Position numbers and translations under genes: made by a program
The notes under the pieces: model-generated
Told to the model about the DNA's origin: nothing
Database searches by the model: none
What the model saw: the letters and a program-made list of their open reading frames with translations, nothing else
Part shown: positions 33,579 through 42,045 of the stretch, one piece after another
Layout: the number at the start of each line of letters is the position of its first letter
Numbering within the stretch: the first letter of the stretch is position 1
Assembly: GCA_964594985.1 (NCBI GenBank)
Contig: CAZQNQ010000018.1
Span: 22,548 to 86,547, forward strand
Direction of reading: 5' to 3'
DNA length: 64,000 nt
From: an uncultured Bifidobacterium sp.
GTDB taxonomy: Bacteria; Verrucomicrobiota; Verrucomicrobiia; Limisphaerales; JADLHS01

Positions 33579-34970
33579 TCACAATTCCACAACATCCATC
33601 ATCCTGGGCAACGTGCATTTGAGTTTGAAGCGTTGCTGGATCTTTTGCGCCAGCGCCTCCCGCGGTCCATCTTCCCCATGCGTCAACACCACCCGCGGCT
33701 TGCTCGACGCGATCGCGCTGAACCACGTCAGCAAATCCGTTTGCCCCGCGTGCGCACTGAAGCCGCCGAGCGTGTGGACCTGGGCCTTCACGGCAATCTT
33801 TTCACCAAAGATGCTGACGAGCTTTTCGCCGTTGATAAGGCGGCGGCCCAAAGAGCCGTTGCCTTGATAGCCGACGATGAGCACGTGTGTGTCGGGTTTC
33901 CAGAGGTTGGCTTTGAGATGATGCAGGATGCGTCCGGCGTTGCACATGCCGGCTCCGGCCATGATGAGACACGGCCCGGCCACATCGTTGATCTTCATCG
34001 AATCCTGGGACGTGACGCTCATCGTCATCGTCTTCAGATCTGCGCTCAACGGTTTCTCGCTGACGAATTTCGTCATCGCCGCGTCGAACAATTCCCGGTG
34101 CCGCATGTAGATGGTTGTCGCCTGGATGGCCATCGGACTGTCGAGGAAGATCGGGAACGGGCGGACCTTCTTTTTCCGGAACATCCACGCGAGCAGACTG
34201 GTGATCAATTGCGCCCGCCCCACGGCGAAGGTCGGCACGAGGATCTTGCCGCGTTGCTCGACGGTGGTTTTGACAATGCGCACAAACTCGTCCACGGTCT
34301 CGGTGAAGGGCCGATGATCGTGATCGCCATAGGTGGATTCCAGGAAGACCAGGTCCGCCTGCTGGAACGGCTCGAAATCTTTCAGGATGAGTGCGCCTTT
34401 CGGACCGAGATCGCCGGAGAACACCACTTTCTTTTGCTTCCCATCCTCCTCGATGAGCAACTGGATGCTGCCCGAGCCGAGCATGTGGCCGGATTCGGCC
34501 CAGATCGCCTGGATGCCGGGAGCAACCGGCACCGGCGTCTGATACGGGACGGGCGTCAAAAGCTGGATGAGGGCCTCGGCATGTTCGGGCGTGTAAAGCG
34601 GCTCCTGCAATTCTTCCCCCGCGCGCTGACGATAGCGGTTCTTGCGTTCGTTATCGGAAACCTGCAACCGGGCCGAGTCGCGCAGGATGAGCGACGTCAT
34701 TTCAATCGTCGCCGGCGTGGCGTACACCGGCGCATTCTGACCGCGCTTGGTCAGCAACGGCAGCCGCCCGGTGTGATCCAGATGTCCGTGCGTGAGCAAC
34801 ACCGCATCCAGCTTCTGCTTCGGACCGGTGGGCGGACGATTCAAGGCTTCCGATTTCTTACCGCCTTGGAACAGGCCGCAATCCACGAGCACACATGCGG
34901 TCTTGGTCTGGACGTAATAGGACGAGCCGGTGACTTCGCCGCCAGCGGCGCCAACGATGGTGATCTTCAT
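33579..34970 (-). CDS. MBL-fold beta-CASP ribonuclease (RNase J/CPSF-like)
   Basis: ATG 34970: MKITIVGAAGGEVTGSSYYVQTKTACVLVDCGLFQG...LLTHGHLDHTGRLP...ESGHMLGS...LESTYGDHDH...GGFSAHAGQTDL, i.e. the MBL and beta-CASP motifs. Confidence 0.85.
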   Translation of the reverse strand: MKITIVGAAGGEVTGSSYYVQTKTACVLVDCGLFQGGKKSEALNRPPTGPKQKLDAVLLTHGHLDHTGRLPLLTKRGQNAPVYATPATIEMTSLILRDSARLQVSDNERKNRYRQRAGEELQEPLYTPEHAEALIQLLTPVPYQTPVPVAPGIQAIWAESGHMLGSGSIQLLIEEDGKQKKVVFSGDLGPKGALILKDFEPFQQADLVFLESTYGDHDHRPFTETVDEFVRIVKTTVEQRGKILVPTFAVGRAQLITSLLAWMFRKKKVRPFPIFLDSPMAIQATTIYMRHRELFDAAMTKFVSEKPLSADLKTMTMSVTSQDSMKINDVAGPCLIMAGAGMCNAGRILHHLKANLWKPDTHVLIVGYQGNGSLGRRLINGEKLVSIFGEKIAVKAQVHTLGGFSAHAGQTDLLTWFSAIASSKPRVVLTHGEDGPREALAQKIQQRFKLKCTLPRMMDVVEL

Positions 34971-35023
34971 GGGGTAGTGCTTTTGGTTTGGTTGAGTTTG
35001 AAAATAATCCGTCCGGTCGCAAC

Positions 35024-35734
35024 TCAGAAATGAAACGTGAGTCCGACTTGAACTCCTTGGTTGAGCATGTCGTATTTGAACTGACTCGGGCCGCTGCCGG
35101 TTTCGTAATCCGCATAAACCCAGCGGTAGCCAGCCTGAAGCGATCCCCAGTCCGCGAACTGCCAGCTCAAGGACGGCAGCAGTTGCCAGGTGAGTTCCGA
35201 GCCGACGCCGAATCCGCCGATGTCCCCGCGCAGATTGAAGCTGAAGTTCCGGCCCAGCGGCTGACTGAAGTTGCCGCCGACAATCGGATCCCACCAATCC
35301 TGGGTGCCGGAAGGACTGTAACCAAACGGCCCGCTGATTCCACCGCTGAGATTGCTGTATCGCATCCCCGCCAGGGCCTCGAAGTTCCGGCAGAGCCGGT
35401 AACTCACGGTAGGCTCGACCATCCACTGTTCAAATTCGGCGCTGACGCCGTTCTTGGAGGCGCCGAGTTCCAGGTCAATCACATCAACAGTCAACGCCCA
35501 GCGACCATGGCCGATGCGGACTTTGCCCATGAGGGTGAATTCGAGATTTTCCCAGACCTCATCAAAACCCACGTTCAGATCGGCGGGAATCCCTTTCACC
35601 GCAACATCCCCCGACATGCCGGCCGCAAAACCGTAGAGCGAGACATCGCAGGTCCATTTGTTGGTTTCGTCCGCGCGCAACAGCGAGGGCAGCATCGCGA
35701 GGGCAAAAACCGAGGACCAGACCAAGTGTTTCAT
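35024..35734 (-). CDS. Small outer-membrane beta-barrel protein
   Basis: ATG 35734: MKHLVWSSVFALAMLPSLLRADE signal peptide. Amphipathic strands; C-terminal GVQVGLTFHF. Confidence 0.65.
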   Translation of the reverse strand: MKHLVWSSVFALAMLPSLLRADETNKWTCDVSLYGFAAGMSGDVAVKGIPADLNVGFDEVWENLEFTLMGKVRIGHGRWALTVDVIDLELGASKNGVSAEFEQWMVEPTVSYRLCRNFEALAGMRYSNLSGGISGPFGYSPSGTQDWWDPIVGGNFSQPLGRNFSFNLRGDIGGFGVGSELTWQLLPSLSWQFADWGSLQAGYRWVYADYETGSGPSQFKYDMLNQGVQVGLTFHF

Positions 35735-35810
35735 GGTGGTAGTGAGTTTGAATTTCTCGCCATCACAGCGCCCGCCCCGCGCGGAGAAAACCCGCGCCGT
35801 CAGCCCCTCC

Positions 35811-36467
35811 TCAAAACGCTGACGACACGGACACCACCCACGTCGGATCATCTTCATCCGGGTTCAAGGCATACGCGGTCACATCCACCCGCTTGATCGT
35901 CGCTCCCAGCAACAGACCCCGCTGGATGTCCCGGTCGCTGTCATAAGCCCGCGTGCGTTGGGTCACCACCCCGAACCGGAACCATGGCACCGGGGCGAGC
36001 GTCAGTTCCGACCAGTTGTAAAAATAGCTGTCGTCCGAATCGCTCGTGCTGAACAACTGTTCGCCTTCGCTGTACAACATCAGCTTCCACCAGCGCAACG
36101 ACCCGCGATAACCCAGTGCGCCCCCATCCACATCGCCGACCACCCAGCCCAGCATCGGCGTGATCTGCCACTTCAACTCGTCTCCGCCGGCGAAACCATA
36201 CCCCGCCCATAATGAAGCGGTATCCTGGGCTTCGTAGTTGTAGCGCCCCTCGAAATGCCAGCGCCCATAGTCCGCCGTGACGGTCGGCTGGACGTAATCG
36301 TCCTGGTCCGGCACCACGTAGGCGTAAGCCGACACCCCGAACGCCCATTTGTTCCCGGTGACTTCGTCCATGGCTTTCGTGCTGGCTTGCGCGGCAGTGC
36401 TTTCGTCTGCCCACACTGGAGCGGTAGAAAGCAACAAGCCGGTTAAGATGACATTTAGTTTTCGCAT
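35811..36467 (-). CDS. Small outer-membrane beta-barrel protein (hypothetical)
   Basis: ATG 36467: MRKLNVILTGLLLSTAPVWADE signal peptide. Aromatic-girdle-rich strands; C-terminal VVSVSSAF. Confidence 0.55.
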   Translation of the reverse strand: MRKLNVILTGLLLSTAPVWADESTAAQASTKAMDEVTGNKWAFGVSAYAYVVPDQDDYVQPTVTADYGRWHFEGRYNYEAQDTASLWAGYGFAGGDELKWQITPMLGWVVGDVDGGALGYRGSLRWWKLMLYSEGEQLFSTSDSDDSYFYNWSELTLAPVPWFRFGVVTQRTRAYDSDRDIQRGLLLGATIKRVDVTAYALNPDEDDPTWVVSVSSAF

Positions 36468-36483
36468 AAATTTGATCCCAAGT

Positions 36484-37146
36484 TTATCCACCCAAAGCAA
36501 TCGTGAGGCCCACCAATACGAGCCCCAACACCACCATCCCCACCCCGAAGCCCATGGGCGCGCGCCCCACGCAGCGGCCATAGGCGATTCCGGCCAGGAA
36601 CAACATCAGGACGGCGACCAGATTCGACACGCGCATCGCGTGATCGGCTTGCTGAATAAAGATGAACGGCAGCGCCACCGGCAGCGTGGTCAGGAATACC
36701 AACAAGAACACCCCCAACGCCCCCCACCAATCGGTGCCGCTCAAGCTCACCCGCTCCGGCGGTTCGGGCAATTGCTTCAACCGCTCATGAATCGCGGCGA
36801 ACTCCGCCGGCTGCACCACCGACGCCACCAACGGCGGCAACGCCCCCGCGATCAGGGTCGCCGCCTGATGCGGTGCGGTGGCCTGACGCACAGCGCGAAA
36901 GATCTTGAGATTGCGCCCCTTGTTGGCCAGACACGCCATGAGATACAGCACGCCATCAATGATCCCCCAGGCCAGATTGCAACCGAGCGCGCCGATCAAC
37001 ATGAGGCGGACTTCGGAACGTTCGGCGGTAGCGACGCTGAGCGAACCGGTGAACGTGAGCACCATGATCAGTCCGAACAGCACCTCGGAAATGCGTTCCG
37101 CTGGTTCGAGGACCCGTTTGGAAGAACTCATGTGATCGTTGCTCAT
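36484..37146 (-). CDS. VIT-family-like integral membrane protein (putative Fe/Mn transporter)
   Basis: RISEVLFGLIMVLTFTGSL...IGALGCNLAWGIIDGVLYLM plus 3 C-terminal TM helices. This resembles proteins I recall as annotated 'VIT family'. The call is tentative. Confidence 0.5.
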   Translation of the reverse strand: MSNDHMSSSKRVLEPAERISEVLFGLIMVLTFTGSLSVATAERSEVRLMLIGALGCNLAWGIIDGVLYLMACLANKGRNLKIFRAVRQATAPHQAATLIAGALPPLVASVVQPAEFAAIHERLKQLPEPPERVSLSGTDWWGALGVFLLVFLTTLPVALPFIFIQQADHAMRVSNLVAVLMLFLAGIAYGRCVGRAPMGFGVGMVVLGLVLVGLTIALGG

Positions 37147-37296
37147 GGAATACGCTGGCTGCCTTTAGGTTCTACGACAACCCGCCGGAACGGAAGATAA
37201 TTATTGTCATCCCCAAGCAGCAGCGAAAAAGACGCAACGTCAGCACCAACGCTGAAAATTAAAGCCGCCGCGCAACAGAAACTTGCCGCCCGGTCG

Positions 37297-38082
37297 TTAC
37301 ACGGATAGATGCCGGCGGCGAGCTGAAGAAAGCATGATGACACCAGCCAGAGCGAGCATTGCCGCACTGGCCGGCTCGGGAATGATGTTGCTCACCCGGA
37401 TGTTATCCACCGCGTAATTTACATGCCCTGCTGACGATTCGACGTGGAACAGCAGTTGGCCGTTGTTATGGTTGTTAAACACGTTGCCCGTGATGGCCAG
37501 CCCGGTCAAAGTCGCCGTGGACTGAACCACTCCAAGTCCATTCAATTGGGAAACGGTCGCTGAATAAGTGGCGGCGACGGGATTAACAATGAACTGGAAG
37601 AAATAAGGGACGCCAACGGCCAGATCCACATCGAGCGCTTCCCAACTGGTGCCATCAATGGCTTCCAAAGCCGACGCAATTCCGGCGTTGTAAATCAAAC
37701 GGATGCCGGCCGCGTACTCCCCATAAGTTCCATCCATGACATAAAAACTCCCGCTGGCCGGCACCCCGCCGGGATTCGCATCCATTTGCAGCAACAAGGA
37801 GATTTCGTAAGCCGCCGTTGCCACGTCAACGCCCGCCGTGTTATTCCTAAAATCCCGGTGCGCTTCCTGACCAAACTCCGTGGAAGCCTGGGCCGCCTGG
37901 TTGCCACCGACCGAAGTATTCATAAACCCCGGCGCGTTAGCATCAAATTGTCCCGGAGCCACCCAATCCGCGCCCCAGTTCGAGGTGTCTTCGCCGACCT
38001 CGAAGGTCTGCACCAAGGTTTGCGCCGGGGCATTGATTGCAACCATTGTGACCAGCAGACAACAAGCATTTATCAGTTTCAT
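37297..38082 (-). CDS. PEP-CTERM sorting-domain secreted protein
   Basis: Signal peptide MKLINACCLLVTMVAINAPAQ. C-terminal IPEPASAAMLALAGVIMLSSARRR. Confidence 0.85.
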   Translation of the reverse strand: MKLINACCLLVTMVAINAPAQTLVQTFEVGEDTSNWGADWVAPGQFDANAPGFMNTSVGGNQAAQASTEFGQEAHRDFRNNTAGVDVATAAYEISLLLQMDANPGGVPASGSFYVMDGTYGEYAAGIRLIYNAGIASALEAIDGTSWEALDVDLAVGVPYFFQFIVNPVAATYSATVSQLNGLGVVQSTATLTGLAITGNVFNNHNNGQLLFHVESSAGHVNYAVDNIRVSNIIPEPASAAMLALAGVIMLSSARRRHLSV

Positions 38083-38239
38083 ATTTCAACTGGTTTGTGT
38101 TGTTAGGTGTCGTTGGAGCCGGGGCAATCCGCCCTGCCCGGAGCAACGCGGACACCGGTGCGGCTTGAAAACATTCACGTTGCTACCAGCCATTTTAGTT
38201 GCTGGCAGACAGGCTTGCAAGCCGGTTTGGTTTCAAATG

Positions 38240-38974
38240 TCAAAACTTCCAACCCGCCGCCAACGAGGCCCGCATGGATTGCACCCAGATATCGCTGCTC
38301 ATCTCGATCCACTCCGCCGTGCCTTCGATTTTGATGAAAAACTCGTCGCTGACATCCCAGCGCAACCCGACCGCCGCGTTGAGCGTGAAGAAGGTGTCCG
38401 TGTACGTCGGCTGATACACCGACACCACGCTTCCCCACCAGTAATCCCACCAATAATAATAGCCAGGCGGCCCGGTCGGGATGCCGGTGTCCACGTAGAA
38501 ATAGCCCAAGCCACCGGAAACATAGGGCGTCAACGGGCCTTCCAGCAGATGAAAGTCCAGATTGAACCGGCCCTCCTGCACGAACGATTCGCCGTTTAAG
38601 ACTTCGCCGTTCCATGACGCCTGATAGTCCGGATATCCCGCCGTGAATTCCGCCCGCACGGAGAAATGACTGTTGATGTGGTAGGCGAGCCCGAAGCCCC
38701 AGAGATCATCGCTGTCAAAATCAAATTTCAGATCGCTGGTGGCATACGGCGGGTTCGGTCCCGGCGCGGTCGGCAAGGTGACGCTCTGCATGACGCCCGG
38801 CTCGGCCGTGAAGTATTGCCCCAACAAATAAAACTCGCCGCGTTGCGCGCGGGTGTTGTCGGCGCGCGACTCCAGCAGGAAGGGATTATATTGGGCCGGG
38901 CCCGGAGTGGCTGCGGCTGAACCCAAAAGCAACAATAAGAACAGCGACTGCGCCGGGTTTCGTTTCAGTTTCAT
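38240..38974 (-). CDS. Outer-membrane beta-barrel protein
   Basis: Signal peptide MKLKRNPAQSLFLLLLLGSAAA. Tyr/Trp/Gly-rich strands; C-terminal SLAAGWKF. Confidence 0.6.
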   Translation of the reverse strand: MKLKRNPAQSLFLLLLLGSAAATPGPAQYNPFLLESRADNTRAQRGEFYLLGQYFTAEPGVMQSVTLPTAPGPNPPYATSDLKFDFDSDDLWGFGLAYHINSHFSVRAEFTAGYPDYQASWNGEVLNGESFVQEGRFNLDFHLLEGPLTPYVSGGLGYFYVDTGIPTGPPGYYYWWDYWWGSVVSVYQPTYTDTFFTLNAAVGLRWDVSDEFFIKIEGTAEWIEMSSDIWVQSMRASLAAGWKF

Positions 38975-39018
38975 AATTCAGTTGGCTGGGGGGCATTCGG
39001 TCGTGACGACGCCAGTCA

Positions 39019-39540
39019 TCACCGCGTCTTGCGGGGCACGATTCCGCGGACGGTCCGTTCGGCGTCCACCCCGACCGCGACTCGTTTCGGTTGCGGCCGG
39101 CTTTGTTTTTGTTTGATGGGAACTTGAACTTCTTCTCCGCGCGCCGGCGCGCGATCAACCGGCTCATCGGCCAGCCAGTGAATGGCGGTCTCGTAGTCGC
39201 TGAACGCCTGCACCTGCAAGCCCCGGATGCGGCTGATAAAAGCAAAACTGCGGATGCCGCCGTGAACGTCGAGACGATAAAGGATCGCCAGCCGTTGCCG
39301 CCGCGAGAAGCCCGCGGCCCGAAACGTCCCCACCAACGCCGCCAGCTCCGTCGTCGTGAACTGCGGCCGACTTGGGATGGGAATAAATCGCAGATCCAGC
39401 AGCGCACAGTTGAGGCCGCGGGTGCGACACGCCTGCGCCAGCCCCCCAAGCGCCTGCTTGGTCGCCTCAAAATTGAGGACTTCATCGGCATTCAGGCGGA
39501 TGAACTCGCTGGCGCGGATGACTTGTAATTCTACCGGCAT
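39019..39540 (-). CDS. Hypothetical protein
   Basis: 173-aa ORF (MPVELQVIRASEFIRLNADEVLNFEATKQALGGLAQACRTRGLNCALLDLRF...) with normal codon bias. No family recognised with confidence. Confidence 0.5.
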   Translation of the reverse strand: MPVELQVIRASEFIRLNADEVLNFEATKQALGGLAQACRTRGLNCALLDLRFIPIPSRPQFTTTELAALVGTFRAAGFSRRQRLAILYRLDVHGGIRSFAFISRIRGLQVQAFSDYETAIHWLADEPVDRAPARGEEVQVPIKQKQSRPQPKRVAVGVDAERTVRGIVPRKTR

Positions 39541-39639
39541 GATGCCCCTCCAGTTTGCTTTGGGATGGTATTCATTTCTGGCCCGCTACCCTTGATTGTG
39601 GTCGTCAGCTCATTCATACAGAAACATCCGCTGCTCATC

Positions 39640-39734
39640 ATCTTCCCGCGCTCCACTGCTCCCCTCTTGCTTACACCTTCGTCCCCTGCTTTGTCCAGCG
39701 CGCCGATGTGAGATTTACAGTTGCTGACTATCCA
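39640..39734 (-). pseudogene. Relic of the 3' part of a third HAD-hydrolase paralog
   Basis: Minus-strand frame gives (TGA)WIVSNCKSHIGALDKAGDEGVSKRGAVERGK, versus DRKSHIGTLDKAWDEAVAKGWTVVSMK in the intact paralog 46519-47508. DNA ccttcgtcccctgctttgtccagcgcgccgatgtgagattt versus gcttcgtcccacgctttatccaatgtgccgatgtgggactt. No start codon and no upstream body. Confidence 0.5.
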
Positions 39735-39740
39735 TCATTC

Positions 39741-39803
39741 AGGAACAACAACTGACACCGGAAACGGAACTTCAGATTTGTTCCCGGTTCGCTCCATTTC
39801 CTC
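39741..39803 (-). repeat. E-type palindromic repeat, degenerate copy
   Basis: aggaacaacaactgacaccggaaacggaaCTTCAGATTTGTTCccggttcgctcc shares the loop CTTTCAGATTTGTTC with 40953-41030. The flanking tcattccggg (39828-39837) equals the HAD stop context at 41027-41036. Confidence 0.5.
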
Positions 39804-39946
39804 AGGGTGAATTCTCACTTCACCAACTCATTCCGGGCTGAATTTATTACGTGGCAATCTGTTATCCATATTGAAGGTTGCGTGCCTCACTCTGCTGTGG
39901 TAGTCGTGGGCGTTCCCAAGTTCCACCATCAACAAATAGCAACCAT

Positions 39947-40501
39947 ATGAAACATAAAACATTGAAAGTATGCGTTATTCTGGGTCTCGCTCTTCTGGGC
40001 TGGGCCACTCAACCTAAGACCCAGGCCATGGATATGAGCGTCGCCGGTTTCGCTTCGTATGTGGATCTGAATGCAGGCGGGAATACCTCAGGGGGCGGAG
40101 CCTTGGTGCGGTTCGGATTGGCCGACTGGTTCGCGGTGGATGCCCGGGCCAGCTATTTCGATATTGGCGATCTGGACGCGGCCTTGGTGCCATTGGAGGC
40201 GGTCGCCCTGTTCCGGGTGCCGCTGCTGGAAGATCGGTTGGTCCCTTACGCGGGGTTGGGGATCGGTTATTACATGTTTACCGACTCCGACTTGGCGTCA
40301 GTGTCGGTTGACGACAATGTGGGCTACTTCCCGGTCGTCGGCGTTGAGTTTCGCTTTGGCAAGGAAATGCAATGGTCGGTCTTTGGCGAGGCCCGGTGGC
40401 TCTTCATCTTCAGCGATGTGGAGGCGGCCACGGGCTCGGGGTTGAACAGTGACGACATGAGCGGTGTTGGGATCAATTTGGGCGTCTCACTGAAATTTTA
40501 A
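39947..40501 (+). CDS. Small outer-membrane beta-barrel protein
   Basis: ATG 39947: MKHKTLKVCVILGLALLGWATQPKTQA signal peptide. About 8 amphipathic strands; C-terminal GINLGVSLKF. Confidence 0.65.
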   Translation: MKHKTLKVCVILGLALLGWATQPKTQAMDMSVAGFASYVDLNAGGNTSGGGALVRFGLADWFAVDARASYFDIGDLDAALVPLEAVALFRVPLLEDRLVPYAGLGIGYYMFTDSDLASVSVDDNVGYFPVVGVEFRFGKEMQWSVFGEARWLFIFSDVEAATGSGLNSDDMSGVGINLGVSLKF

Positions 40502-40774
40502 GCCGGGCGGATCGCGGACAACCGAGCCTTGGAACGAACCGAGGCGGTTGGTTTGATGTTCCCCCAAGCCTTCGGAGGTCGCCAGTTGTGTTTTGCGCTG
40601 GCGGCCTTCCAAATTTGAGTCCCTGACTGAAATCCATCCCGCCGCACACCAGACGACTCGATTTGGTTTAAGCCAGTTGGATTCGGCGTGATAGTCGCAC
40701 TCCCCTCCCCGGCGGATTTCGATTCCGACATTCTTTGAGAACTCGAACGCCAAAGTTGGCGCGCGGCAATAACT

Positions 40775-40908
40775 GTAGGGCAGGCTTTCCAGCCTGCCAG
40801 TGCGGGCGACTTTCCAGTCGCCCGTTCCCAGCGCTTCCCACACCAGACCCAAGCGAAACACGGGGTTGGAAAACCCCATGCACCGGCAGGCTGGAAAGCC
40901 TGCCCTAC
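40775..40908. repeat. Long hairpin element (24-bp perfect arms, two internal mini-hairpins)
   Basis: GTAGGGCAGGCTTTCCAGCCTGCC (40775-40798) is the exact reverse complement of GGCAGGCTGGAAAGCCTGCCCTAC (40885-40908). Internal stems GGGCGAC-tttcca-GTCGCCC (40803-40822) and GGGGTT-ggaa-AACCCC (40862-40877). Confidence 0.85.
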
Positions 40909-40952
40909 TTTCCGCCCGCGCCGGTTTGCGGCCGGCGACTTCGGAGTTCGGG

Positions 40953-41030
40953 TTAATCAAGAGGAAACAGACTTTCAGATTTGTTCTCTGTTCCCTCCGT
41001 TTGCTCCGGTTCAATCGCTTCCAGTTTCAT
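40953..41030 (-). repeat. E-type palindromic repeat abutting the HAD stop codon (ATGA junction)
   Basis: Minus strand: ATGAAACTGGAAGCGATTGAACCGGAGCAAACGGAGGGAACAGAGAACAAATCTGAAAGTCTGTTTCCTCTTGATTAA. ATG 41030-41028 overlaps the HAD TGA 41029-41027. Mini-ORF MKLEAIEPEQTEGTENKSESLFPLD. Confidence 0.75.
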
Positions 41031-42004
41031 TCCGGGAAAATGGCCTTCCAATCGTCCCTCATGCTCACCACCGTCCAACCTTTGGCAACGGCATCGTCCC
41101 ACGCTTTGTCCAGCGTGCCGATGCGGGATTTGCGGTCGTAAGCCCATTCGCGCTTCTCGTCGTCGTGATGGACGAGCAACGCGAACCGCGCGCCGCCGCC
41201 GGCGGTCGTCCATTGGAGCATTTGCAGGTCGCCGTCGGAATTGCCGAAGGCCGCGATGGGCCGTCGCCCGATGTGCTGCTGGATGCCGACGGGTTTGCCC
41301 GCCTTGTCGTCCACGAAGTTGATCTCGGGCAATTTCAGGATCACCGGCTTGCCATCGCGCAACTCGAACTTGAGCTTGCCACTGCTGCCGATGACTTGCT
41401 CGGGTGGGATGCCATAAACTTTTTCCGTCCACGGCCGCATGAACTCGATACCGCCGCCGGAGACGATGAACGTCTTGAAGCCGTTCGCGCGCAGGTAAGC
41501 GAGCAGTTCGAGCATCGGTTGATAAACCATCTCCGTGTAGAGCTTCCCGGTCTTGGGATGTTTCGCGGTGGCGATCCAGTCTTTGACCAATTGCTCAAAC
41601 TCCTCGGTGGTGATGCCGGCGTGCGCCGCCACGATGATCTCCAGCAATTCCTGCTCGCTCACGGCCACGTTCTCTTCCTTGGGCGTGCTGAGGAGTTTGT
41701 TGAACGGTGATTTCGTTTTCCATTCGGGATGCTGGGGCGCAAGGGCTTTCACGCGATCCAGCGCGAAACGCAACTGGAAATAAATCGGCTGCTCGGCCCA
41801 AAGCGTGCCGTCGTTGTCGAACGTGGCGATACGTTCGGGCGCGGGCACGAAGTCCGGCGAACCTTCTTTCGTCACCTTCTCGACGAAGGCGACGATGGCT
41901 TGTTTGGGCGCGGTATCGTTCCACGACGGCAGCGGATCGGCGGCGTGAAGATTGGGTAACAGCAGGAGACTGGTGATTGCAATCAAGTGAGGGATGGTTT
42001 TCAT
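41027..42004 (-). CDS. Secreted HAD-superfamily hydrolase (HAD-IB/acid-phosphatase-like), copy 1
   Basis: Signal peptide MKTIPHLIAITSLLLLPNLHA. Motif I IATFDNDGTLW, motif II FIVSGGG, motifs III/IV K...AFGNSDGDLQML. About 85% identical by eye to 46519-47508. Confidence 0.8.
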   Translation of the reverse strand: MKTIPHLIAITSLLLLPNLHAADPLPSWNDTAPKQAIVAFVEKVTKEGSPDFVPAPERIATFDNDGTLWAEQPIYFQLRFALDRVKALAPQHPEWKTKSPFNKLLSTPKEENVAVSEQELLEIIVAAHAGITTEEFEQLVKDWIATAKHPKTGKLYTEMVYQPMLELLAYLRANGFKTFIVSGGGIEFMRPWTEKVYGIPPEQVIGSSGKLKFELRDGKPVILKLPEINFVDDKAGKPVGIQQHIGRRPIAAFGNSDGDLQMLQWTTAGGGARFALLVHHDDEKREWAYDRKSRIGTLDKAWDDAVAKGWTVVSMRDDWKAIFPE

Positions 42005-42045
42005 GTGAGGTTTTGGTGCTTGTCAGGTTATGGCGTTTGATCAGT

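Noticed and set aside
27902-35033. Long plus-strand ORFs (27902-30094, 30151-31779, 32552-33343, 33633-35033)
   Set aside because: Antisense to aspA, dcuA, the porin and the beta-CASP RNase, all of which match known families collinearly. No motifs in the antisense products.
37147-37296. Mn2+ (yybP-ykoY-like) riboswitch upstream of the VIT-like transporter
   Set aside because: The cttggggatgac stretch superficially resembles the GGGGAGUAG box. I could not find the second conserved half (UUGACAUA...AGCAAGAC) or a convincing four-way junction.
40487-41014. 175-aa minus-strand ORF and overlapping ORFs in 40500-41140
   Set aside because: They are composed almost entirely of the hairpin element and E-type repeat sequence (AGKPAL / GRLESLPY-type translations). 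No start context or codon bias supports a gene.
40990-41020. tRNA-like T-loop (ccggttcaatc)
   Set aside because: It is part of the E-type repeat. No acceptor stem, anticodon arm or cloverleaf can be drawn. I found no tRNA gene anywhere in the window.
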